Shown here one piece after another: positions 13,862 to 25,800 of a DNA stretch of 64,000 nt. The notes beneath the pieces are model-generated. The model had not been told where the DNA came from, searched no databases, and saw nothing but the letters and a program-made list of their open reading frames with translations. A program made the translations under genes and the position numbers. Positions within the stretch are counted from its first letter, which is position 1. Each line of letters begins with the position of its first letter. Source of the DNA: Tubiluchus corallicola (lineage: Eukaryota; Animalia; Priapulida); assembly GCA_030141605.1 (NCBI GenBank), contig JAQGDQ010000446.1, positions 130,148-194,147 on the forward strand, in the 5' to 3' direction.

Positions 13862-16800
13862 GAATTTCCTGGCCTTAAGAAATCTTAATCAAGGTTATAT
13901 TTAAATTAAAAAACTTAGATGAAACTTCATAATTCATCCAAAAATCACCTTAAACTTCATCTACAGATAAGTTGGTTATTTCAACACGCATCATTGTGCA
14001 TTTTTAAAAATAAAGAAATTTGTCAATATTCTTTTGTGTTATTACGATAATATCATGAATAAAGAAACAGCAGAAAAAAAATTATTATTACATGTACTTT
14101 AAAAACATAACCAAAGTGTAACTAGTAACTGCCTGAACTCAGTGTAACTAGTATACTAACTAGTAACTGCCTGAACTCAGTGTAACTGGAATACTAACTT
14201 GTAACTGCCTGAACTCACTGAAATCACTAATATTCAACCTTACTCACATATAGACATATAGTGGCTCACACTCATTACATTAAATATGTATATATTTGTT
14301 TGAGCTAGCTTTTACTGACTTGTACTTACTTATATTCAATTGTACTTACTTACACTCACTTGTACTCACACTTGTACTTACACTCACCTATACTCACTTA
14401 TGCTTACTTATACTCACTTGTACTTACACTCATCTATACTCACTTATGCTTACTTTTAGTCACCTGTACTAACACTCACCTATACTCACTTATGCTTACT
14501 TATAGTCACCTGTACTAACACTCACCTATACTCACTTATGCTTACTTATACTCACTTGTACTCACACTCGCCTATACTCTCTTACGCTTACTTATACTCA
14601 CTTGTACTCACATTCACCAAACTCATGCTTGCTTATACTCACTTGTACTGACACTCACCTATACTCACTTGTGCTTACTTGTACTCGCACTCACCTATAC
14701 TCACTCACACTTGCTTACACTTCATTGTAGTCACTTACAATCACTTGTCTTGTCTCAATTGTACACACTCTTTGTTTTACACATCAAACTAGAAAAACCC
14801 TGAACAAAAACACACAAAATGTTTACTAACTTCACATTCACTGTATATGAGACGCAAGTGACAGTTGTCATTGGGGCCCCTGAAGCACGCTAACAGCTCT
14901 CCAACTCTTGGCCACTGGAAGAAATAAGAAAAAAAATTAAATTAGCAATCTTACATCACTGAATCTGGTAGCACCTGCAGACTAGCGCATTTTTTTGCCA
15001 AGTAAACTTACAAAGTGATCAAAACTTGCTGTGAGTTACTCTCAACACTTGACAGTAACCCACAAAGTAGTTCACACTTGACAGTGACCCACAAAGTAGT
15101 TCACACTTGACAGTAACCCACAAAGTAGTTCACACTTGACAGTAACCCACAAAGTAGTTTACACTTGACAGTAACCCGCAAAGTACTTCACACTTGACAG
15201 TAACCCGCAAAGTAGTTCACACTTGACAGTAACCCGCAAAGTAGTTCACACTTGCGAGTAACCCACAAAGTAGTTCACACTTGACAGTAACCCACAAAGT
15301 AGTTCACACTTGACAGTAACCCACAAAGTAGTTCACACTTGACAGTAACCCACAAAGTAGTTCACACTTGACAGTAACCCGCAAAGTAGTTCACACTTGA
15401 CAGTAACCCGCAAAGTAGTTCACACTTGACAGTAACCCGCAAAGTAGTTCACACTTGCGAGTAACCCACAAAGTAGTTCACACTTGACAGTAACCCGCAA
15501 AGTAGTTCACACTTGACAGAAACCCGCAAAGTAGTTCACACTTGACAGTAACCCACAAAGTAGTTCACACTTGACAGTAACCCACAAAGTAGTTCACACT
15601 TGACAGTAACCCACAAAGTAGTTCACACTTGACAGTAACCCGCAAAGTAGTTCACACTTGACAGTAACCCGCAAAGTAGTTCACACTTGCGAGTAACCCA
15701 CAAAGTAGTTCACACTTGACAGTAACCCGCAAAGTAGTTCACACTTGACAGTAACCCACAAAGTAGTTCACACTTGACAGTAACCCACAAAGTAGTTCAC
15801 ACTTGACAGTAACCCACAAAGTAGTTCACACTTGCGAGTAACCCACAAAGTAGTTCACACTTGCGAGTAACCCACAAAGTAGTTCACACTTGCGAGTTTA
15901 CTGTAAGAAAGGAAATTTGTGCAAGAAAACTAGCTAAACTGAGCACACCGTAAGACGAAACTCCGCCATCGGTCAGGATATAAACTGACACTGCACGCGA
16001 AACCAATAGACAATAAGAAAGCAATATTATTATGTAAACGTGCCACACGTGCAATTCAAGAAGCAGGATATAGAAAATAAATGGTGGCGCTACCAACCTG
16101 TTAGCTCAGGGGTGTGCAAATTATCTGACTAGCCGGGCCACATTAAACTTTCCCGCAATTCCTGCGGGCCACATGCAGTTTAATCAGGGAGCCAAGTACA
16201 GAAAGGCCTAATAACAATTTTTAAGTACATAATTACTACTACACTCAAGAAACTATTTTAGAAGTTATTAAAATTTATATTACAAACCATATATTTCTAC
16301 TTTCAGGGCAGATAGTGGTAATTTCATTACTATGCATATTAGTAATGTGTATCACACAGTCTGTGTAGTACAGTGACATTACGCTACAACCGTCTTGTAA
16401 CGGTTAATGGCGTCCGATCTAGTAGAAAAAACTACCCGCACTATCTTTGGGATCGTGGCACGGACTTCAGCTGGATACACTCAATTAATCGCCCGGGCCA
16501 CACTTTCATTAGGTTGACAAATCTCTTTGGGCCGCACAAATTCTCTCGGCGGGCTGCAATTTGCACACCCCTGTGTTAGCTAACAAGAAACATCTATGAG
16601 GCATAAAACTATGTTTTCATTGGCTGTAAGGTTCATTATTATTATGGTATTATTATTATTATTATACACGCCTGTCTGTGTATTGTTTTATTGCTTCCTC
16701 TTGAGTGCTGCAAATGCATGACTCTTAGACTGACACTAGTACCAGCCACTTAATACAGGCTATTAATCTAAAACTGGGAAAAATTTTGCAGCTCATATTC

Positions 16801-19800
16801 CAGCGATAACCTAACACCGCAGCCGATGTTGGATTCTTCATTTCTGCAAAGTCTGAGAGGCACACGAAAAAATTCCTGCAGTTGCAAAAATTGCGTAAGA
16901 CAGTGACGTCCTAGCCAGATGTGCTCTGAATCATTAATTAAGTTTCAGATCCAATATTTACTTATCAAAAGCATCAGAATTATTATACGTGCAGTTACAA
17001 ACATAAAGGAATTTTGGAAAAAATAAAGTATAGTCTTCTTCTTCTTCTTCTTCCCAGCTTTTCCCTATGCGGGGTCGCCGTTGTGAATAAGTCTTCTTCA
17101 TGCATTCCTGTTTTTGACCATCTCTTCATTTATGTTCTTCTCTCTAAGGTCTCCGTTTATGCATTCAAACCATCTCAGCTTGGGTCGTCCTCTTCTTCTA
17201 TTTCCCAGCACTTCCATTTCCAGGACCTCCCTTCCCACGTGATCTTCACCGACTCTTCTTTTCAGGTGTCCATACCATCGCAATCTTGCCTCTTGTATCT
17301 TTTTCGAGGCTTCCACTACTTTCACTGTTCCTCTAATATTACTATTCCTGATTTTATCCCTTCTTGTTATTCCCACCATCCATCTCAACATCATCCCATC
17401 ATCATCAAAAAATAAAGCATAGTCTAAAACTGTACTCTTTTCCTTTAACTTCACAGCAACAGCTATTTGAAACACATAAATGCAAAGCTAGTAAACTTAC
17501 CACTAAGCCAATTAGTCGACTCATAGCTTTCTTAACAGGAAAGGGAAGAGAAACCAGCTTATGAAATACCTTCAAGGTAGGATCTACCTCTTCATTTAAC
17601 CTGCAAGAAAGAGTTACGCATTAGTAACAAGCAATGACTGTATCTAAAATGGCGACACAAAATTTTGAGAAGCTGTACAGACTATTAAAAAATTAGGTTA
17701 AGATAAAAAATTTGGAATATTGTATGCATTATAGCAATAAAACTAGCTGAAATAGGTAAGTTTTTTAACTCTATAAAAATTGTTCCCATACAAAAATAAA
17801 ATCAAAATATGAAGCACATAATGGTGAGTTCAAACTAGCAAGTTATCTTGCGAGTAACTCACAAGTGTGTTCAAATTAGAAAGCAAAGCCTGCAGTGAAT
17901 TACTCTCTGACAGTATGGATGAACTGGCACTGCCTGCTCTATTTGCTGAGAAATGTTGAGAGTAACTCATAATAGCATTCACACTAGACAGTAAATCAAC
18001 TTGCGGCAACTTCGGGAGAGTTTGCAATGACTTGCCAATAGGTACTGCTAGATTGCTACAGACAGAAAACTCGCGACAGTAACTCTCTATGTACAATTTA
18101 ATTTCAGAACTGAAATTTGTTGTCTGCATCAAAAACATTACTCAAAGCTAGGAATACGATCAAGTGTAGTTTCCTAGTTTTTCCCAAACCATCCATTGAT
18201 CTGTTAATCCTGTCAAACTTCTCCTATGGAAACACACACTTAATCAGTAAGTATAGTGATTCTCTTAAGTGCGGCCATATCACGTTGAAAACACCGGGTC
18301 TCGTCTGATCACCGAAGTTAAGCAACGTAGAGCCTGGTTAGTACTTGTGTGGGTGACCGCCTAGGAATACCAGGTGCTGTAGGCTTGCGGGATTGCCCAC
18401 AATGTACCTCGACACTAGGCGGAGGACTGCACAAGCAGTCAACGGCTAGAGGGCGGAGGAGGCCAAGTAACCCAATGACCCAATAGAGGAGTAAACCTTC
18501 CAAATCAGGAGTGGAGCCCCGAAGGCGGACCAGTGCAGCATGCTCACTGACTCCGGCAGCTCCTGCAGCCCACGTGGTGCCAAATGTATCGCTCCGCTTT
18601 CCTTTGGACTACACCAGGGAGGAAGAAAAGGGGTTCCTGTTGTCTGGGAAATTCAGGATTTCCATACACCTTGCCCAGGCGTGCGCCCTGGAGAGGCCAT
18701 TCTAGTGGTTCAAGGATCAGATTGCTCAGCCACAGTCGACGCTGCAGCTCCATCAATGTGATCAATAACTGACTCTCGTGACGCACACTCCATTGTCTTC
18801 CGAGATAGAAGGATGCCAACAACAACAATAGCGATTCTCTTGCCTAATCAATGACTTTCTTCCATGAATTTATCATCAAAAGAGCTAATCGCATGGCTCT
18901 TCTACATTAGATAACACATTTTTCAAAATTTAACTACAGACAGACAGAACTCGATAATCCTGACTGCAATTTTTAAACATATGATAAAAATACAAAAAAC
19001 ACAGACCTAAGTACTGTTATAAATTGGCATAGTAATCCAATTATATTTGAGTACAATTTTTTAAAAAAGCAGTAAATTTGAATTTTCTACCGACCATCCA
19101 TCACTCAATGCTCTTCCTCCATCGAGAGCTATACAGCTTGCAGCTAAAGAGAAAGCGCGGCAACCTTGAGGCACTGTGAATGGTACTAACTGAAACAAAA
19201 ATCACGTTTCAAAACACTAGAAAGTTTAAGCTACAGGAAAACAGCGAAATATTCTGATTCTCAACCGACGTCACTACAGTCACAGCCAGAATCATCCATG
19301 GGATATTTCGGTACAGTCGCTACGTTTCGGTACAGTCGCTACGTTTCGGTACAGTCGCTACGTTTCGGTACAGTCGCTATGTTTCGGTACAGTAGCTACG
19401 TTTCGATACAGTCGCTATGTTTCGATACAGTCGCTGAGTCTAGGAATGAATTTTTGAAAAACTGAAATGATTTATTTTCAAGTGATTTAAATATTTAGAC
19501 ATCACGAGACGAGAGAAAATGCACAATTACAAACTAAAATGCACGTGTTGGTGCTACCTAGCTCGTGCAGACTTATACTCACTTGTACTTGCACTCACCT
19601 AGACTCACTTATGCTTACTTATACTCACTTGTACTTGCACTCACCTAGACTCACTTATGCTTACTTATACTCACTTGTACTCACACTCACCTAGACTCAC
19701 TTATGCTTACTTATACTCACTTGTACTTGCACTCACCCATACTCACTTATGCTTACTTATACTCACTTGTACTCACACTCGCCTATACTCTCTTACGCTT

Positions 19801-22800
19801 ACTTATACTCACTTGTACTCACATTCACCTAAGCTCACTTATGCTTACTTACACTCACTTGTACTCACACTCAACTATACTCACTTATGCTTACTTATAC
19901 TCACTTGTACTAACACTCACATAGACTCACTTATGCTTAATTATACTCGCACTCACCAATACTCACTTATGCTTACTATGACTGTTTACGACTATCGTGA
20001 CTGTAGGATGATGTCCGTTTTGCTGCTAAAATCAGCAGAAAGCACTTAAAACAGGGTGGTGCAAATTATCTGACTAGCCGGGCCACATTAAAATTTCCAG
20101 CAATTCCTGCAGGCCACAGGCAGTTTGGTCAAGGAGCCAAGTACAGAAAGGCCTAATAACGATTTTTTTGCATCCGATCTGCGTACATCATTACTACTAC
20201 ACTCAAGAAACTATTTTAGAAGTTATTAAAATTTATATTACAAACCACATATTTCTACTTTCAGGACAGATAGTGGTAATTTCACTACAATGCATATTAG
20301 TAATGTTTATCACGCAGTTTGTGTAGTACAGTGACTTTAAGCTACGATTGTCTTGTAAGGGTTAATGGCATCCGATCTAGTAGAAAAAACTACCTGCACT
20401 ATCTTTGGGATCATGGCACGGATTTCAGCTGGATACACTCAATTAATCGCCCGGGCCGCACTTTCATTAGGTTGACAAATCTCTTTGCGGGCCGCACGAA
20501 TTTTCTCGGCGGGCCGCAAGTGGCCCGCGGGCCTCAACTTGCACACCCCTGACTTAAAATAAGCGGTGCAGTCATTAAACATGCTAAAAAGCATGTACTA
20601 ACCTGGTGTCCTTGGCTTTCCAACGCTTCCTTTGTTAAGCGTACAGCACGTTTCAATCCCGGAGTGACCGTTATGTAGTCATTGTAGTCATAGTAACCAA
20701 TTGTCAATTTCTCCTTACTGTTGTACACCTGAAAAACAACTGGATTAGCAGAGTTGTTAGTGAATGTTAAAGCAGAGGGTCTGGAGCACTCACTTCCTTT
20801 TGCATATCAACCTTCAACAAAGAAATGTTGCGGTATCCTAGGAAGCCGTTGATAGCACAGAAATGATGCAGTATTCAAGGAAGCCGTTGCTAGCACAGAA
20901 ATGATGTGGTATCCGAGGAAGCCGTTGCTAGCACAGAAATGATGCGGTATCCAAGGAAGCCATCCATTGCTAGCACAGAAATGATGCGGTATCCAAGGAA
21001 GCCGTTGCTAGCACAGAAATGATGCGGTATCCAAGGAAGCCGCTACTAGCACAGAAATGTTGCGGTATCCAAGGAAGCCATTGCTAGCACAGAAATGATG
21101 CAGTATGCAAGGAAGCCGTTGATAGCACAGAAATGATGCAGTATTCAAGGAAGCCGTTGCTAGCACAGAAATGATGTGGTATCCGAGGAAGCCGTTGCTA
21201 GCACAGAAATGATGCGGTATCCAAGGAAGCCGCCATTGCTAGCACAGAAATGATGCGGTATCCAAGGAAGCCGTTGCTAGCACAGAAATGATGCGGTATC
21301 CAAGGAAGCCGCTACTAGCACAGAAATGTTGCGGTATCCAAGGAAGCCATGCTAGCACAGAAATGATGCGTATCAAGGAACCGTTAGCACAGAAATGATG
21401 CGGTATCCAAGGAAGCCGTTGCTAGCACAGAAATGATGCGGTATCCAAGGAAGCCGTTGCTAGCACAGAAATGATGCGGTATCCAAGGAAGCCGTTGCTA
21501 GCACAGAAATGATGCGGTATCCAAGGAAGCCGTTGCTAGCACAGAAATGATGCAGTATCCAACGAAGTCGTGCACACAATAGCTGAAACGTTATTAAATG
21601 TAGATAAACCAAAGCTAAGCAACACTGTGCCTAACTAGGAATAAAATGAGCAACCGGGTAAGTTCATCTGCCACGCTGCCACCAAAAAAGCTTCTCTCTA
21701 TGAAATAAGACATACATGCGTTCAAATATGACAAAAAGCTTTCTGTCAGTTTCTCATATTGAAAAGTTAGCCTACAAGGATCCTGCTCAAACCGTTAACA
21801 CAATAAATGCAGAGGCTGCGCAGCATAACTTTTGCAGAAACATGGTACTTCTAAACGAAGTGATATAATATTACAGAGATGCTTAAAGGACAAATTTAAA
21901 GTAAAAACAAATTAAAGAGCTAACGGTAACTTAAAGTTTGACAGTAATCTTATAAAATTTTATAGCTTTCTTCCTAATGAAATTTTTTCCAAAACGTTTT
22001 CTTAGGTTGTGCATGCGAAGCTTTGGAAAATCGCAGGTTAAACAAATAAGTTACCAACGACTTCCTTGGATACCGCATCATTTCTGCGCTAGCAACGGCT
22101 TCCTTGGATACCGCAACATTTCTGTGCTAGCAACGGCTTCCTTGGATACCGCATCATTTCTGTGCTAGCAACGGTTTCTTGGATACCGCATCATTTCTGT
22201 GCTAGCAACGGCTTCCTTGCATACTGCATCATTTCTGAGCTAGCAACGACTTCCTTGGATACCGCATCATTTCTGTGCTAGCAACGACTTCCTTGGATAC
22301 CGCATCATTTCTGTGCTAGCAACGGCTTCCTTGCATACTGCATCATTTCTGTGCTAGCAATGGCTTCCTTGGATACCGCATCATTTCTGTGCTAGCAACG
22401 GCTTCCTTGGATACTGCATCATTTCTGTGCTAGCAACGGCTTCCTTGGATACCACATCATTTCTGTGCTAGCAACGACTTCCTTGGATACTGCATCATTT
22501 CTGTGCTAGCAACGACTTCCTTGGATACTGCATCATTTCTGTGCTAGCAACGGCTTCCTTGTATACCGCATCATTTCTGTGCTAGCAACGGCTTCCTTGG
22601 ATACCGCATCGTTTCTGTGTAAGCAACAGCTTCCTTGGATACCGCATCATTTCTGTGCTAGCAACGGCTTCCTTGGATACCGCATCATTTCTGTGCTAGC
22701 ATCGGCTTCCTTGGATACCACATCATTTCTGTGCTAGCAACGGCTTCCTTGGATACCGCATCATTTCTATGCTAGCAACGGCTTCCTTGGATACCACATC

Positions 22801-25800
22801 ATTTCTGTGCTAGCAACGGCTTTCTTGGATACCGCATCATTTCTATGCTAGCAACGGCTTTCTTGGATACCGCAACATTTCTCTGCTAGCAACGGCTTTC
22901 TTGGATACCGCAACATTTCTGTGCTAGCAACGGCTTATTTGGATACCGCAACATTTCTGTGCTAGCAACGGCTTCCTTGGATACCGCAACACTTCTGTGC
23001 TAGCAATGGCTTCCTTGGATACCGCATCATTTCTGTGCTAGCAATGGCTTCCTTGGATACTGCATCATTTCTGAGCTAGCAACGGTTTCCTTGAATACCG
23101 CATCATTTCTGTGACGCCTATATTTGTAAACAATACTGTACAGTGAAATACGACAAGTGATAATCAAAACGTGGCGTTGCCTAACCAAGGAGTAAGGATT
23201 GAATGAGGAACAGAGATTCTGATGGCATCACCTAACGAGTAAAACACAACAAGTGAAGTGTCAGGCTTTCCTCGGAAATTACACCTTCGCACCAGCTTTT
23301 CTCTTATATGAACCATCAAGAAAAAGTTGAAAGTATCACAAAATCTTGGAGCATTTTCTTTCTGTTTTTGCATAAAGTAAAACTTTGCAATGTACGTTGT
23401 ATTTGACCTTTCGGGTGCTTCTGTGCCCAATTTGGTAAACGAACTAAAAAAAGCACAAGTACTCACATCGGATTTGAACTCAATGGGTGCGACTTTTGCA
23501 TCTCTTTCGAACGTTTCATCAGAACAACAGGCCCTCATGCCGAGGGCAATATCCTCAACGTTTGTTGCCATGTAACCGTAGGCTACTTTCACTGAAATTA
23601 AGCATCATAGCACAAATGTATGCAAGAAAAACAACTAATAGCACAAATGTGTATACTTACATGATGTACATACAAGTACACATATTTCTTACGCTATACC
23701 TGCAAGCTACTTTCACTGAAGTTTATCATCGCGATACATTTATCCAAGAAAAACAATCAAAAATTGTCCATTGTCCAATCAAAAATAGCACATGCGCACA
23801 CGTTTAAAAATTATCAAGTGAAAAAGACATTTTCTGATAACATGCTAAACTAATAAAGCATCCAAAATGATTTCAATGCTATTCTCATAGAATAAAATTT
23901 ATTTCAAGTATCATAACAAAAAAACAAACAACTCCATCAAGCATTACAAGATTATCAGGTACGTTGTAAACAATACTTAAAAACATTAAAATTTTAGCAC
24001 TACAAGTATATAAACACAAACATGACGCGCCATCCACAACAGTAAGTACTCCACGCATTTATATTAACCCTTTCAGTCCCAAATTATTTTTTAATAAGAA
24101 AAAAATTTTTTGGCTTGGTACTTTTGTTCGACTTTTTTGAAGACACAACAAAAGCAAAAAATGTGCTTCATTTTGCAACTGCTGATAGTTTTTTAAAGTA
24201 TTTAAGACATTTAGTATGCACGCTATGCTGCTCTGTACAAAGTCATCTCTAAAGTACTGTACCTTGTGCAGTTTTTTATGCTATGTAGATTTTCTAGTTT
24301 GCCATTTCATCACCATTTTTGGTCTATTGTTATTGGCATAAATCAAAATAACTATTAACAGACCAAATAACTGTCATTTTTAAAATTTTATTAATTTTAA
24401 AGGCAGAAAATATTCTCGTATCCCACGGGATACAATGGGTATGAAAGGGTTAACATATAGTCTGTCTTGTTTCTGTTATTTTAATGGCTTATTGAGAACA
24501 AAAATGTATAAATTTGAATTTTTGTCTGGGTTAGCTTGTTACAGTGCTGGGAGCCGAGTTCAGGTGTGCAACTGTCTAGCTTTATTATATGAGCTTGACA
24601 AACATTACACATACACAAACTTTAAACTACTGATATAAAATCATCATTATTCATGATATAAAGTACAATAAAACAAATAAATTTACTTAAGACAGAGGTT
24701 TTAGTGACGGAACAGTAAAAATAGGGCCTATGTCAGGGGTGTGCAAATTATCTGACTAGCCGGGCCACATTAAACTTTCCCGCAATTCCTGCAGGCCACA
24801 GGCAGTTTGATCAAGGAGCCAAGTACAGTAGGACCTAATAACGATTTTTTTTGCATCCGACCTGCGTACATCATTACTACTACACTCAAGAAACTATTTT
24901 AGAAGTTATTAAAATTTATATTAAAAACCATATATATCTACTTTCAGGACAGATAGTGGTAATTTCATTACAATGCATATTAGTAATGTGTATCACACAG
25001 TCTGTGTAGTACAGTGACATTAAGCTACAACTGTCTTGTAAGGGTTAATGGCACCCGATCTAGTAGGAAAAACTACCCGCACTATCTTTGGGATCGTGGC
25101 ACGGACACTCAATTAATCGCCCGGGTCGCACTTTCATTAGGTTGACAAATCTGTGCGGGCTGCACAAATTCTCTTGGCGGGCTGCAAGTGGCCTGCGGGC
25201 CGCAATTTGCACACCCCTGACTTAAGAGATTGAAATTTAGTAAAATCAAAAGCTTATATTCATTGAACCGTTGAGCAAAGCAAGAGACAAAGAAAAGCTA
25301 GACTTAGAAAAACATTCCACATCGAAACAAAGAAACCACATATATGTGGTATAATGGTTCGAATGCAAAAAACACATACAACAGAGCAACGTACCTACAT
25401 ATCATAAACTTAATATTACATATATAACAGTAAGTCAGTCAGTCAGGCTTACACTGAGTTATCTCAGTTGGGCCTGTATTCAATTATTTTATGGACCAAT
25501 TTGGCATTAACCCTTTCATACCCGTTGTATCCCGTGGGATACGTGAATATTTTCTGCCTTTAAAATTAATAAAATTTTAAAACTGACAGTTATTTGATCT
25601 GTTAATAGTTATTTTGATTTAAGCCAATAACAATGGACTAATAATGGTGACGAAATGGCAAACTAGAAAATCTACACAGCATAAAAAACTGCGCAAGGTA
25701 CAGCACTTTAGAGACGACTTTGTACAGATCAGCATAGCATGCATACTAAATGTCTTAAATACTTTAAAAAATTATCAGCAGTTGCAAAATGAAGCACAGT

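Noticed and set aside
17830-18240. 102-aa ORF; weak LINE RT-like trace IVFLALSNVFD
   Set aside because: Too degenerate to call; most likely mixed old repeat debris.
18271-18386. Functional 5S rRNA gene
   Set aside because: The 5' end is altered and there is no oligo-T terminator. It runs into a body shared with a second dispersed copy and is bounded by a TSD, so it is a SINE head.
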